This document shows, piece by piece, positions 1-12,444 of a DNA stretch of 64,000 bases. Location of the stretch: positions 62,001 through 126,000 of the forward strand of contig MU061538.1 of assembly GCA_013265495.1 (NCBI GenBank), written 5' to 3'. Within the stretch, counting starts at the first letter, position 1. Every line of letters begins with the position of its first letter. The notes below the pieces were generated by a model that made no database searches, had not been told where the DNA came from, and was given only the letters and a program-made list of their open reading frames with translations. Position numbers and translations under genes: made by a program. This stretch comes from Vicugna vicugna. Taxonomy: Eukaryota.

Positions 1-179
1 GGAGAGCCAAGGGCAGGTGAGCCCCGGGCCGCTGCTTTGGGGCTCAGACCCCGTCCTTCCGTTAAGCAGGGCACACTCACGCATGTGTGCGCCTGGAGAT
101 GCAGACACTTGTACAGCTCCGTTCCACTTTGTGATTTTGTATGTAGACAGGCTCTTTTTATGCAGTAATAGCTTCTCAC

Positions 180-425
180 TATTGTTTTGTACATAGATTT
201 TTATATACACAATACATATATAAACCATTCTTACATAAGCAATATATAGGATTACATATATCACTAAAAATATTCATGTGAAATAAACACACCATTCAAA
301 AATGAGGCTATAAAGGGATATATTAAAGTATCCTTTTTAAATTATACATATTTATATGTGATTTTTAAGTATATAATTTTGTATTTTTATGTAATAAAAT
401 GTATACACACATATTTAACATAAAA
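180..425. repeat. AT-rich low-complexity tract
   Basis: (TA)-rich composition. Confidence 0.6.
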
Positions 426-1956
426 CTTGGGCTACTATTTCTGACTCAGAGACTTTCTCAAGTAACTCATAGCTGTGGCAAGCCTTGTCACAAAATTACA
501 CATTCCGTAACTTTGAACATAACTTAATGAGGTCATGCCGCAGGCTTTACAAAATGAACATTCTACACGCTGCTTGCACTGATGATGAAGCAGAGCTCAG
601 GGTGTTATAAAGTGGCAATGACGCCTGAGTCACTTCACTTCACCATAAATTTTAGCTGTCCTGCTGTTTTAGGGGGCAGAGTCCTGACCTGAGTGTCAAG
701 GGGTGTAAGAGGAGTGAGACTGGGGCCGGAAGTCGCCGTCAGGTGATGAGCAGGACGGTTGGAAGGACTGGGAGGGCTGGCGGGAGGCTTGGCCACAGGA
801 GGCTGCTCCTGGGTGATGGGACAGCACTGCTCCGGGCACTGGGCAGCCCTCTGCCGGGTGTAGGCATTGTGGGGGCGGCGGTTGACTCATCACCACAGCA
901 GCTAAGGGATTCTTGAAACATTACATCACCAATGAGGGGTTTTGTGTTTCAACAGACTTTTCAGTGTAAATAAAACCAGTATTTTGGAGGAAAACACCTG
1001 TAGTAAGAGTAGGTAAAGCTTCAAAGGACCACCTCCACCTCTGCTCGGTGAGCACGTATCCAGGGTCCTCCAGCTTAACCCTCTCCGTCCCTTTGGGGCG
1101 TTAACCCTGCTTAACTGACATCTTCACCCCAGAGCGGTGCTGTCTGGGGTGTGGCTTGATTTTCCCTCATTGGACCGAAAGTCCCGAGTTGAGGCCCTCA
1201 ACTTGCAGCCTGGCTCGGGCATTGCTCCCCAATGACTGTAGGAAGTACTGGTGAGAAGAAGGGTTCTTTCAAGGCTCTGCAGTTCTGATTCAAGGTGTTC
1301 TTCAGTAGCAAGGAAACCTCATTCGTGTGTGCTCTCAGAACTGTTGTCACACACGTTGCTTAATTCTCACACTGACCCCAAAGAAGAGACAACAGATGAG
1401 TTAGGTGTATGTTTCTTTAGCCTCCACGGTCTTCTTCATGCTACTGAGTTCTTTGTGCTGGGTGTGTAGTATTTCAAAGCAATTGCAGGGTTTAGTACCC
1501 AAATAAAGTGTGAGGAGGGAATGAACTGTACATTTTTTTGCTTCGTTGGGAGCTCTGCACACATAACCAGAGAGAGAAATCTAATGTAACGAATGTGGGC
1601 TGAGCGAGTGGATGCTCATTTTGGTATTCTCTCCACTTTTATGGGTGTTTGAAATATTTATGTTAACGAAGTGTGTCTTAGTTATTCAGTATTAAATCAG
1701 TATAAAGTTACGTCAAGTGTATGAGGTGTTATTTGGGACACTGTGAAATGTAGCCAGAATGTGACCTCGTGTCCTCAAAGTAATCCGAGGTAAGTCACTG
1801 TGGCAGCATCGCATCTGCATTGCGGAGCGCCTGCTTCTGAAGGAATCAGACAGCTTTGGCCATGTAACTCGGACGTTGTCTTGTTCGTGCTGAGTTCGCT
1901 GTTGGAGGTGAAACTAGCCGTGAAGTGTCTGATGGTTTATTCTCATTCCCCCACAG

Positions 1957-2077
1957 TGGCTTGTCAGACACTATCATTCTGGACGTCATATCGAACTACC
2001 TGGTGCTTCCCAATCGCATCACGGTTCCTCTGGTCAGCGAGGTGCAGATCGCACAGCTGCGGTTCCCTATACCAAAG
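1957..2077 (+). CDS. ESYT2: ESYT2 exon, end of SMP domain (GLSDTIILDVISNYLVLPNRITVPLVSEVQIAQLRFPIPK)
   Basis: ccacag| acceptor, |gtgagc donor, 121 nt; recognisable peptide. Confidence 0.95.
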
Positions 2078-3958
2078 GTGAGCACCCCGACACTCGCAGG
2101 TAGGCCGGGCAGCTTTTCACATCCCTGGGTGTGGTGATTCCTGGTGTTTCTCCTAACGGTGACCTTGGCACGTGGCCCTCCGTGCAGTGCAGGGGCTTGT
2201 CCTGCCTCGCTCCTCAGGAGACTGGCCAAGGGACATCTGGTCTGAAAGCTTCCAGAGACTGAGGGCAGTTCCAAAACCCCAGCTGTGAAGCTCAGAGGTG
2301 CTCCTGGGGCCTAATCCTGCAGGTGTTGTTGCAGATCGTAAAGGACAGCTGTGACAACTGATTTATCCACTTGTACGTATCCAAGTATCACCATTTTCTA
2401 AGCTGGGACTTCACACCAGCTCCCTCTCAGATGTGGCAGTGTGGCCACCGGTGGGGTCACTGGGTGAGCCACATGGCAGGGGCATTGTTGGTGTTACAGC
2501 TGCCTCGGATGGGACAGGAGGGGATGGGCTGGGCTTCAGTCTCTTCACCTGTAAATTGGGGTGATACCTGGCACACAGAGGTCGGTCACAGATACTGGAG
2601 TTGCCCTCCTTTGAGTAAACTAAACAGCTTTGTCCCAGGACTGCGAGAGCTTGCCAGTCAAGGAATGAGACTGATCTGCTGCACACGGAGGACGTGGTAG
2701 AGGGATGGTCCTGCCCAGTTAGTGAGAGCGCCTCCTACACGGGGCTTCGCACCAGCCGGCTGGTCTGTCTCCCTGACCGTGGGCCCCAGAAGTGGACGGG
2801 CCGCCTGTCACGTGTCTGTTACTCTCCTGCAGAAGGTCTTGAGCTGGCCCTATTTCAGTGTTTGTTTCCTGAAGAGGAAGTGGGCGGTTACTCTGCCTCT
2901 GCCTATTGCTCTTACTAGTTAAATCAGAGCTCAGTGACAGTGCACAAATCAACACACACGGTGAGCATTTCTGCACTTCTGTGAAGTAGCATCACCCCAG
3001 TCATTTGTGCCCAAATTAGTTAGTGTTGGCCTTCAGCAGATCTGAGGGGACACCACATACAAGACAGGGATATCTTCTCCTTAATTTAGGGTTCTCATCT
3101 CTGAAAATGCAGGGCTGACTTTCCACGTAGAAGTCCCGTGGTCCTTGGCCATGAGGCTTGTTACTCTCTGAGCGGAGTGACATCTGAGCCCTCCCAGACC
3201 TGACCTCTGCAACTGTGGGTTAAAGCCATTGCTGCTCAGTGTGTGCCAGAGTATCTAAGCTTTAGATGTGTGAAAATATAAACAGTGAATTTTGCTTGTT
3301 AAGTTTTTAGAAGTGTATTTGTGAAAATGTGTATCTTCCCGTGCTGATTGGGTCAGGAATGTTACCTGGTAATTTTTTCAAACGTGTTTGTGAGGTAGGA
3401 TGCCCCTCCTCCAAAGGTAACTTCACATTTGTGTTTGCCTTGAAAGAAATGTAAGTGGATATTTTTTACTTTAATGATTAGACAACATTTTAGGGGAAAA
3501 AGAGAACTATGTGTAAAGTCTGTGAGTGGTATGTATGTCAGAGCTTCAGTGTCCCATCCTTGAAGCAGGTTTAGTGGCAGGCCGTCATGGGCTTGTTCTG
3601 AGACTGGATGGGGTCATCCGTGCATGTGAGGACTTGGTAACGAGCTCGTGCATCCTGTACTGCTGGTTACCCTTACGTGTATCTGCAGTGACCGCTGCTG
3701 TCTCCACTACCAAGACACAGGACTGTGGTCCTGCTGCTCCACCCCGCCCTGCCCAAGCTGTTGCTCTGGGAGCTGCCCCGGGGAGGTCCCTGGAGGAGTG
3801 GGGCTCACGCTGGCCCTGGGCTCTGTCCCTCAGCCCTGCCCGGCGCTGCGCAGCTGTGCTGTCTTTGCTGCACCAGGAGGGGCCCGTTTTGTTCCTGGCA
3901 CAGCTGTGGTTCCGTCTTGGGTGAACCAGTGGACAGTATGCTTTGTGCTCCTTTCCAG

Positions 3959-4135
3959 GGTGTCCTGAGGATACACTTCATTGAAGCTCAGGATCTTCAG
4001 GGGAAGGACACTTACCTTAAAGGACTTGTCAAGGGGAAGTCAGACCCCTATGGAGTTATTCGGGTGGGCAACCAGATCTTCCAAAGCAAGGTCATCAAGG
4101 AGAGCCTCAGTCCTAAGTGGAACGAGGTTTACGAG
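3959..4135 (+). CDS. ESYT2: ESYT2 exon, start of C2A (GVLRIHFIEAQDLQGKD...KSDPYG...PKWNEVYE)
   Basis: ttccag| acceptor, |gtgagc donor, 177 nt, phase 0-0; C2 motifs SDPY and PxWNE. Confidence 0.96.
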
Positions 4136-5023
4136 GTGAGCCCCTCCCTGGCCCCGCCCACGCCATGCCTCACCACTCTCCCGTCCCGCCCCACCCCGCC
4201 CCGCTCCCGCCTGCTTCCTTCAGGTGCTGATTTGGTCTCACTCTTGCTTTATTCCCATCGTCTGAAATATGTACCTGGTGTTGCTACCTCGCAGCACTCT
4301 GTTAGGCCAGCACGCAGAACTTTAAACCTTAATCACATGGAGCTATGACAGGGAGTAACTAGCACAAATCGTATACAAAAGCGAGGTTCGCTGTATACTG
4401 TTTTGTGAGCTTCCATTTGGTGTCTCTGGATGTCCCTACGTGTCAGTAAATGCCGCCGCTCAGTTGAATAGGCCCCATCATTTCTCTGCCCAGAGCGGTC
4501 TCGGCTGTCTGGTTCAGCGTTGCAACCGGTGCCGCACCAGTGTCATGGGACAGATTTGTCTTCACTTAGCCAAGCTCCCCCAGATAACGCTCCTCAGAGT
4601 GGAGCTGCGCATCCAGAGTTACCTGCGTCTGGAGGGACTGACACAGACGCAGGATTGTTCCTCAGAGAGGGGTGCAGCTCGTACCCTACCAGCTTCCCTC
4701 CTCCCTGCCCCGTCTGTGGCCAGATCTCTTTTGGTGGTGGGTGGGTGGCTTGTGGGTCGCAGGAGGCCAGCACTGACTGCAGCTGCTGCAGGACTGGAGA
4801 GATGTCCCAGCCTGTGACCCTGCCCTGGAGCGACAGGACCCCGATACTGAGGACAGATGCAGTGGGCTGTGACCATGCGCGCAGGTGTTTCACGTGACCC
4901 CCAGGCGTCCAGCAGTGTGTCAGGACTGCCAGTGGGAAACCTCAGTGCCAGACAGCTTCTTGCCCCGGTGGTCTCCACACTCGACGGTAAAATGTGAAAT
5001 AACTACGATTTTTAACCTTCCAG

Positions 5024-5106
5024 GCTCTGGTCTATGAGCATCCCGGACAGGAACTGGAGATCGAGCTCTTCGATGAAGACCCGGACAAGGATGACTTTCT
5101 GGGAAG
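5024..5106 (+). CDS. ESYT2: ESYT2 exon, C2A Ca2+-binding loop (ALVYEHPGQELEIELFDEDPDKDDFLG)
   Basis: ttccag| acceptor, |gtcagt donor, 83 nt; acidic FDEDPDKDDFLG motif. Confidence 0.96.
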
Positions 5107-5900
5107 GTCAGTCCTGTGTGTGATTTACGCTGTGCTTACATATTGGAAAAATAAACACTGATTTGTTTACTTACATTGAACAACCAGTATAGCTGAAAAG
5201 GTGAGCTTTCAAAAAGCATACTTTAGCCTAATCCTTATTATTTAACTGACTTTCTTGTGGCAGAAAAGATATGGGGGTAGGTGACATTGGACAGGCCTGG
5301 CTTCATCAAGAATGGCCTGTTGTCAAGCTGTGACCTCAGAATTCATTCATGAGATGATTTAACAAGGAGCACCCCCAAAGACTCTGAGCCAGGCAGTGAT
5401 CAGGTCAGATGTGATTCTGCCAGACCACTGCTGGGTCAAGGTGTTGGGCTGGGGCTGGCCCCGGGGAGGGGGAGGAGGGGAGGTGGCAGGCATGGGGAGG
5501 CTCTTGGAGCAGCCGGGAAGGATGCTGGGCTAGCCCAAGGCGGAGGGTGGGCAGAGAGCCAGCGGCTGCAGGAGGAAGGGTGTGGTCCTCCGTCCTCTTC
5601 GGCTCTGGCCCAGGGCTCACAGCAGAGCAGGATGGTGGGGGAGGGAACGCACCCCTGGCGCCCAGAGCAAGAGGCGGGGGAGCTGGTCAGAGCTGAGGAG
5701 TGCGCCCGCCCGAGGGCTTGGGGAAGACTGGCCTCCGGCTCCACTGCCTTGGCCCCTCCCTTCCTCGCTTCACATTCTCTCCTGATAGACTACTGTTTTG
5801 TTGCATGTCTGGAGTGCTTTTTCACAGACTAATATTTAAGGCTGTTTCAGTTGTAAGAAGTGTGTTTCTGTGTTCTGAAGTTGTTGTGTTGTTTCTGTAG

Positions 5901-5949
5901 TCTTATGATTGACCTTACCGAAGTTGAGAAGGAGCGCCTTTTAGATGAA
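5901..5949 (+). CDS. ESYT2: ESYT2 exon (S LMIDLTEVEKERLLDE)
   Basis: ctgtag| acceptor, |gtaagt donor, 49 nt; completes the phase-2 codon. Confidence 0.94.
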
Positions 5950-6907
5950 GTAAGTGTCCTCTGGGTTTGTTCTATTTCACAAGTATTGACTGAGTCCCTG
6001 CTGCCGCCCCCACTTGGTGATCTGAGAACTTAACATCTGCCTCACAGACACGAGAGCTTGGGCCTCCTAGTAACAGCAAAGTGAAGTAAGTTTCAGAGCC
6101 AAATCAGATAGTGTGTATTGAGCGCCTGCTGTATGCTCAAAATACCCAGGGAGCCAACAGAAGTCCGCTTCATTTCAGGCAGTGCACTCTCCTGCGGGGT
6201 CAAGGCAGAGCCTGGGAGAAGCTCCCTAAACTGGACACTTCACAGGTAGATAGAGTTCCTAGCAGAGCTGACGCAGTGCGGCTGGTGAGAAAGGTCCCAG
6301 GAAAGGCACCCGCGGACTGGAGGGCCTGGGCAAGTCAGGCACGATCAGCCAGGTCCCTGCTTCCAGAGTGACACGCCCTCCTTCCTGTGCGTGGCACTCG
6401 GCAGGCATTTGCATCCGTCACGTGCTGTGCCGCGCACTTAAGAGTGCTGGTGTTGGCTGAAGAGACAAAACCCTGTGCTCCGGGCAGGTCCTTCTCAGTA
6501 CTGAGCGCTGGGACTGCCCCTGGTTAACTGCTTTGTGACTTGTAAGCTGAAACAAGGGTGCACTATTTATTAAGCACATAGAGATGAATAGAAACAAGCA
6601 TGTCGGCCTGCCTGACGTTGACACTCAGTATTTGGGATCAGTATTATGTTCTCTCTGGGCCCATAGGTTCTGTTAGGTTCTGTACGTAGGGGCCCACAGT
6701 GCTGGAGAGCACGAGAGGGAGGTGGGTCCCGGTGTGAAGCAGGGATGGAGTTAGCATCCGCGAGCTAGTGCACGCGGAGCGTCTGGAGTGTCGCCACCGC
6801 GGGCGGCGCCGTGTGAGGTCCCCACCGCTCTCAGGCCGTCCCGCGGGCAGACTGCGCTCAGTGTGTCTGGCTCGGAACCCGTGCTGAGCTGCTTGTTTCC
6901 TCCACAG

Positions 6908-6997
6908 TGGTTCCCCCTGGACGAGGTCCCCAGAGGAAAGCTGCATCTGAAGCTGGAGTGGCTCACGCTGGTGACCAGTGCTGCGGACCTGGACAAG
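6908..6997 (+). CDS. ESYT2: ESYT2 exon, end of C2A (WFPLDEVPRGKLHLKLEWLTLVTSAADLDK)
   Basis: ccacag| acceptor, weak |gtgctg donor, 90 nt, phase 0-0. Confidence 0.9.
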
Positions 6998-7408
6998 GTG
7001 CTGGAGTGCCCGCGACAGCAGTCCCACAGCAGGATGAGGGGCTGAGGGTTGTGCTGCTGTGTGATTAGGACAGTGCAGCCCTCGTTCTGACCCTCATGCT
7101 GAGAGTCACCGCAGTAGCATCGGTACCCATTAGAGGTTTTTAAAAAGGAGATCAGCAGGTCATTCACCTGTGTTACACGGTCTTTGCATGTTGTACTTAA
7201 TGTTGTGCAGGGATTTGAGAGCCACAGGTCACTGAGTGCTTCATTTGATTGATTTCTGTAGAATCTTGTCATGTTCACTCTCTTTGTGTTGCCTGTATTG
7301 GGTGGTTTATTTTTCCACTTTTCTTATTTTCCTGAGCATTATAATCAGGTAGAAATACCGAGAATCTTTTGGAAACACACCTGCTGAGGCCCATGCCTTC
7401 CCTTGAAG

Positions 7409-7504
7409 GTGCTGATGGACATCAGAGCTGACAAAGACCAGGCCAACGACGGGCTGTCCTCTTCGCTGCTGATCTTGTACTTGGACTCGGCGAGGAACCT
7501 TCCG
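7409..7504 (+). CDS. ESYT2: ESYT2 exon, start of C2B (VLMDIRADKDQANDGLSSSLLILYLDSARNLP)
   Basis: ttgaag| acceptor, |gtaggt donor, 96 nt. Confidence 0.94.
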
Positions 7505-10500
7505 GTAGGTGTGGCTGCGGGAGCTGCCTGGGTGCTGGAGTCCTGGTGGCGGCTCTTGGTGTGTTCAGCCGCGCCTGCGCCTACGCAGCCATGCTTCCAC
7601 TTCACCCCGGCCCAAGGAGCGGCAGGGGACGAGTTCTTGTGCAGTTCCCTCAGGAGCGTAGTTCTGTGTTTCTATATCTTACTGGCAAGATGTTCAGAAC
7701 TGTCTTTACTCCAGCATGTTTTATGAAGAAGCCTCCAGGATGTAGGAAGAGAGTACAGCTAGTAGTTAGGGAAGAAGATATTCTGTAGGAAGTTGCTAAA
7801 TTATTAAAATTATTATTATTATTATTAAAATTTAGTTGCCTGAAGATGAAAATTGTCTCCCTTTGGCCTGGGAGTGAAGTAACAGAGCAACGTCCGTCCG
7901 GGCGGTGGCCCGGTGGGAATGGGGCATCGTGGGGCTCAGTGGTGCTCAGGGCGCACTGGCGCAGCAGGCAGGACCCCCAGCCCTGCACACGCGGCCTGGA
8001 CCACGTGCTCCTCCTCGTTCGCATCAGGGTTCTCTTGCTCTTAGAAGAAGATGTAGAGTAGAGTCTTTGTAGATGATAACCATCGGCATGGAGGAGAAGA
8101 GTCACACTGTGCCATCACACGAGGCCTGGTGGGACCCTCCACTGTACCCTAACCCCCAGTGAGGGTGATGTGGTCACTAAAAATGATGAATTTTTTTGAG
8201 TGCCCATTCACTTGCTCAGCAGACAGTCTTTCTGCTCTGTTTCTTGTGCGGGAGCCCAATTTTTTTGAAAGAATGACCACCGGCACCAGATGCAGGCTGT
8301 TTCCTCCTGGGACTTGATAACAGGTGCCCACCTGTCTGTACGTTGTGGGCAGTCTCCCCGTGGGCGTGTCCTCGGTGGAGGTGGAGGGAGCATGCGGGCT
8401 TGCCGTGCTCACACTGTCCCTGATTGTGTGCAGTACACACCTGCTTCTTCCAAGCGCTCGAATTGTGCGTTACGTGGGCTTTGCTTAAAAGCAAAGTCAG
8501 TGTATTTTGCGCATCTCTATGTTTTATTTTAAGTTTTTAGCAATTAAAATCTGATGAATCATCTATTTTTTCTGTATTGGAAAGATGTGATTGAACTGGG
8601 TGTGTGTAAACGTATATAATTGTTCTTTTTTTCAGTGAAGATTTCACCTTTCTGCAGAATTATTTATATGGTAGAACTTTTTGTTTTTAACCACAATGTT
8701 ATAAAGTCTTATAATGCCTGATGGAAATGAATTTACTGTGTATTTTAGGATGTAGAGAACAGTATTGGTGAACTGTCAAGAAGGAGTTAGACCTGTCCTT
8801 TAGAACTGTGTTGTGTCACATTAAATTGAAATTTAAATAAGAAAAATTCCATAAGCAGAAAAAAAGAAAGAAAGGAAGGAAGGAAGAAAAGTGAGTTTAT
8901 TCACTTCTGTTGAAAGGGCGCTCTGTGCAGGAAGCATGCTCCGGCCGGCGGAGGCAGAGGGCCCTGCAGAGCCGCTGCCCGCGCCACTGCCAGTGGGGCA
9001 CTGCGCCTCTGCCGCTGCTCCCTGGTTACCATGCTTCTGCGCCTTCACTGACATTTGCTCTCTCCTCCCGTTTCCACTCTCCCAAGAGTATCTACGAGGG
9101 AAACTTTGGGTGTGGCTACTTAAAAGAGAGGCGAGCGTCGGGACTAGTGTTTTGTGAAAATACCGCCTCAGTCTGTAGAGCACTATTTGTGAGTTCTCAG
9201 TGTTCTTTCCTCCTCGTGCTTGGTGGGGCTGCCAGAATGCGGCTGAGTGCCTCACGCACCCCCTCAGTGCGGAATGACCTGCATGCTGGCCTGTTTCCCG
9301 CATGATCTCCGCTGCTGTGCGTGTTCTGTTGTGCCTGTTTGGTAAAACGTGACACTTTGCCATAACCACCGCTGGTGATGCCTCTGCTGATGAGTGGATG
9401 GACCTAGGGGTGTTGGGGAGCCTCGGGCTCCTACCGCTCCTGGCCTGTAACAGATTTAAAAAATCATCTGAGCAAAAAGTGAAGCCACAGGGACTAAAAT
9501 GGATTTTCTTATGGTTCATCTCAGTGTGAGATGTAAATGTTTGCAAGCTTTTCAGAAGCTTCCTTAAATCTACTTTCTCCTCCTGACCAAACACAGAAGT
9601 GTCAGAACTTGGCTTTCTTTCAAGTCCCACCTGCGGCCCCGGGGACAGTCAGTGAAGACAGTCAGTGAAGACAGAAATTCACCTGCCACCCTGAAACCTT
9701 GCCTTCTCCCTCACTTTTAACCAGAGCAGCTCAGGGAGGTAAACTATACATTGAATTATGGTCAGCTTCTTTTAAGGAACTTAAAGAATTTCCTGGAGTG
9801 GCTAATTGAGCATTTCTAGCTTTCTCTGGGAAGCTGATTTAAACCTCATTGTGTGTTTGCCTGGGGCCTTCTCTGGTGCCTTGATTCCTGGTACTGCTCT
9901 TGGTCCTTTTGGCAGAGTTATTCTCACTTGCTGCGAAGTCAGAGAAAGCCACCAATGGCTTGTTCATTAGTCTAGAAACTAATTATTGATTTAATTCGAT
10001 GACTAGTGAGATTCCTACAGTTCATTTGGCCGCTGACTCTGATGGTGGTAGTGCTTTATGTTTTTGAAGGGTCTTCATTTCTGTTTCCACATGCTTTCTC
10101 AGTTTATTCTTAGTATTAAAAAGAAGGAGAGGGGGAGCTTGAAAAATAGTTGTTTTATCCCATTTTATAGGTGAGGACAGTCAAGCCCCTGAAGGTGGGT
10201 GAGCTGCGCTGCTGCAGGGTCAGACGAGGGCGCCGTGCGTGCGGCCAGCCGTCCTCCTCCCGTCAGGTGGTCCCTAGTGGAGGTCTGTGCTGTGGGCCAC
10301 TCGCTGTCAGTGACAGTCCAGCCTGCCGAGTGAGCTTAGTCCGCCCTCCAGGAGCTTCTCTAAGTTTCTGCTTCTTTTGAAGGAAGTACTGCTGACCCTG
10401 TGCCAAGGTTTTTTAAATTGCTTTTTGACATTTGGCTGAGGCGTTGCTGGGTTATCCAGACTGGCTTTCCTCCCTCGTTACCAAGATCAACATACTGTGC

Positions 10501-12381
10501 TTTATGATTCAGATACAAGCACCAACAAAATGTTCTGCAAGATAAACCTGGATAGGTGGGTTACTTTCCCCACATTGGCTTTCGGTAGTGAAGTGAGATC
10601 AGTCCTGTTCTCAGTTTCCTCAAAGGCTGGACCTGTCACTAGTTCCGGTAAAGGTTTGGGATGGTGGCCACCCTGTTGCTCTCTTACGTTCTGCTACTCA
10701 GGACACTTAAAATTTTCACCCCAATGAGTGCATCACCTCCAGGGGTCCCCATCTGAAAGCAGGACCTTCTCCCAAGCTGGAAACAACCTCTTTCTCCCGG
10801 GCCTCAGCCCTCTGCCCGCCTCCTTTTGCCCAGAGGAACGAGAGGGTGTCCTCTGACTCCCGGCTTCAGAACCTGAGGCCTCCGTGGCCACCTGTGTTTC
10901 CCAGCACTTTCCACTGGCTCCCTGTGCACAGCTTGCTTAGTCTCGGGCCGTCGCGATTGCTTCTCAGGTGAGACCACACGGGATGAGGCACTGAGGTTGA
11001 GACCCAGGGTCGTGGCTCAGGGACCTGAACTCAGCTGTGTGACCCAGAGCCCTCAGTCTCCACCCTCCTATCCAGTCCATCCTAGTACAAAGTGAATTTG
11101 CTATCGTGTTATTAAGTGTGTAAGTTCATAATGCTGTGTATGCAAAGGAGTGGTGTTTGCTCTAACATCTACTTTATACGTGAAGATGCTGCCATAGGCA
11201 TGGAGGCCCTGGGTGTGATGGTCCCAGGCGCTATGTGGAAGTCACGTGAGTTCATTTTGTCAAAAGTGCAGGAGGTGTGGAAGGTGCAGTAATGTCCAGG
11301 GGCCTGGTGCACCTGGGCCATCTGGCCCATTGCACCCCAGCCCACGGCAGCTTTCCCAACCTCGCACGCTCCTCGTGCCCCAGCCCACACCCAGGCCTGT
11401 CCCCGCTTAACTTTAGTTGACACGTGTTAGAGTGATGTGCACACTGGTGCAGGCGCCAGGACTCAGAGTGAAAGGCTCTCACGGTGCCTGCAGACTGCCA
11501 GTCCTCACACCTCAGGACAGTGGTTCCAGCCTTGCTGTCCGGGCCCTGAGGCGGGTCCGGGGGGCCCAAGGGGTCCTGTGAGCTGAGGCCCAGCCTGACC
11601 TTGTGCTCGCTCTCTTGCCGGCCCCGCCTGCTGCAGTCATGGCAGGCGGGGGGCTGGGTGTCCGTCTTCCTTCATTACAAAATCTGCTGTTTAGTTTAAA
11701 AACTAATAAAGTTCCATTTGTCATTTGAGGGTAACTACAACTAAAGTGACACAAAATCTTTCGTCTTTAAATGTTAATCCTCCAAGGATCTTGCAGAACA
11801 ACTCAGTCCTGCCCTCTGGAGGGCAAGGAAGTAATGAGTTTTTAAAAAATCAGTGAAAGTAGGGCATAAAACCCATAATAACAGAGGAAACTTCGAGGGG
11901 CTCTGATCAGCCTCTACATCTGTACTTGGAAAAGCGTGAGGGCGGGTAGGGCAGGCCACTCTCTGCTGTGCTGTGCACCAGGATGGTCTGTGGCCCATCA
12001 TTTGAACTTCAGATAAAACCTTTAGGTTAGTTATGGGTGGTATTTTAGGGATTTATTCAAGGGAAGGATAGTAAATAGAGTCCTTTCCTAAAGCATCACT
12101 CTTGGAATTTTCAAATCCCAAAGCGGGGGCAGGGAATAGTAATCATAGAGGGGAAGGAAATGTGTTTTGATGTCTACAGATTAAACCTTTACTCTCAGAT
12201 ACACACTTGGGCATAAAGAATAATTTTACAAATGGCTTTAATGTTTTTTTGTGTAATTCTTGTTGGTGGTTTTTGTTTAAAGATTTTTTGTTCTCATTAA
12301 TTTTCATGTCATTAACCTTACATAAATCTCATTGCATGTTTTATTAACCCTTGGTATATTCATTTTCTTCTGACTTGAAAG

Positions 12382-12444
12382 AATAACCCATTAGAATTTA
12401 ACCCTGATGTCTTGAAGAAGGCTGCAGTTCAGAAAGCTTTAAAG
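12382..12444 (+). CDS. ESYT2: ESYT2 63-nt alternative cassette exon (NNPLEFNPDVLKKAAVQKALK)
   Basis: tgaaag| acceptor, |gtaaac donor, symmetric phase 0-0; matches the recalled 21-aa insert of the long ESYT2 isoform between ARNLP and SGKK. Confidence 0.9.

Noticed and set aside
8620..8775. Several AG/GT pairs in an AT-rich ESYT2 intron patch
   Set aside because: Donors are weak (GTAGAA, GTGAAC after TTG), with no recognisable peptide or regulatory motif cluster
8833..9630. 265-aa minus-strand ORF in an ESYT2 intron
   Set aside because: No ATG start, runs through an A-rich simple repeat, no domain similarity
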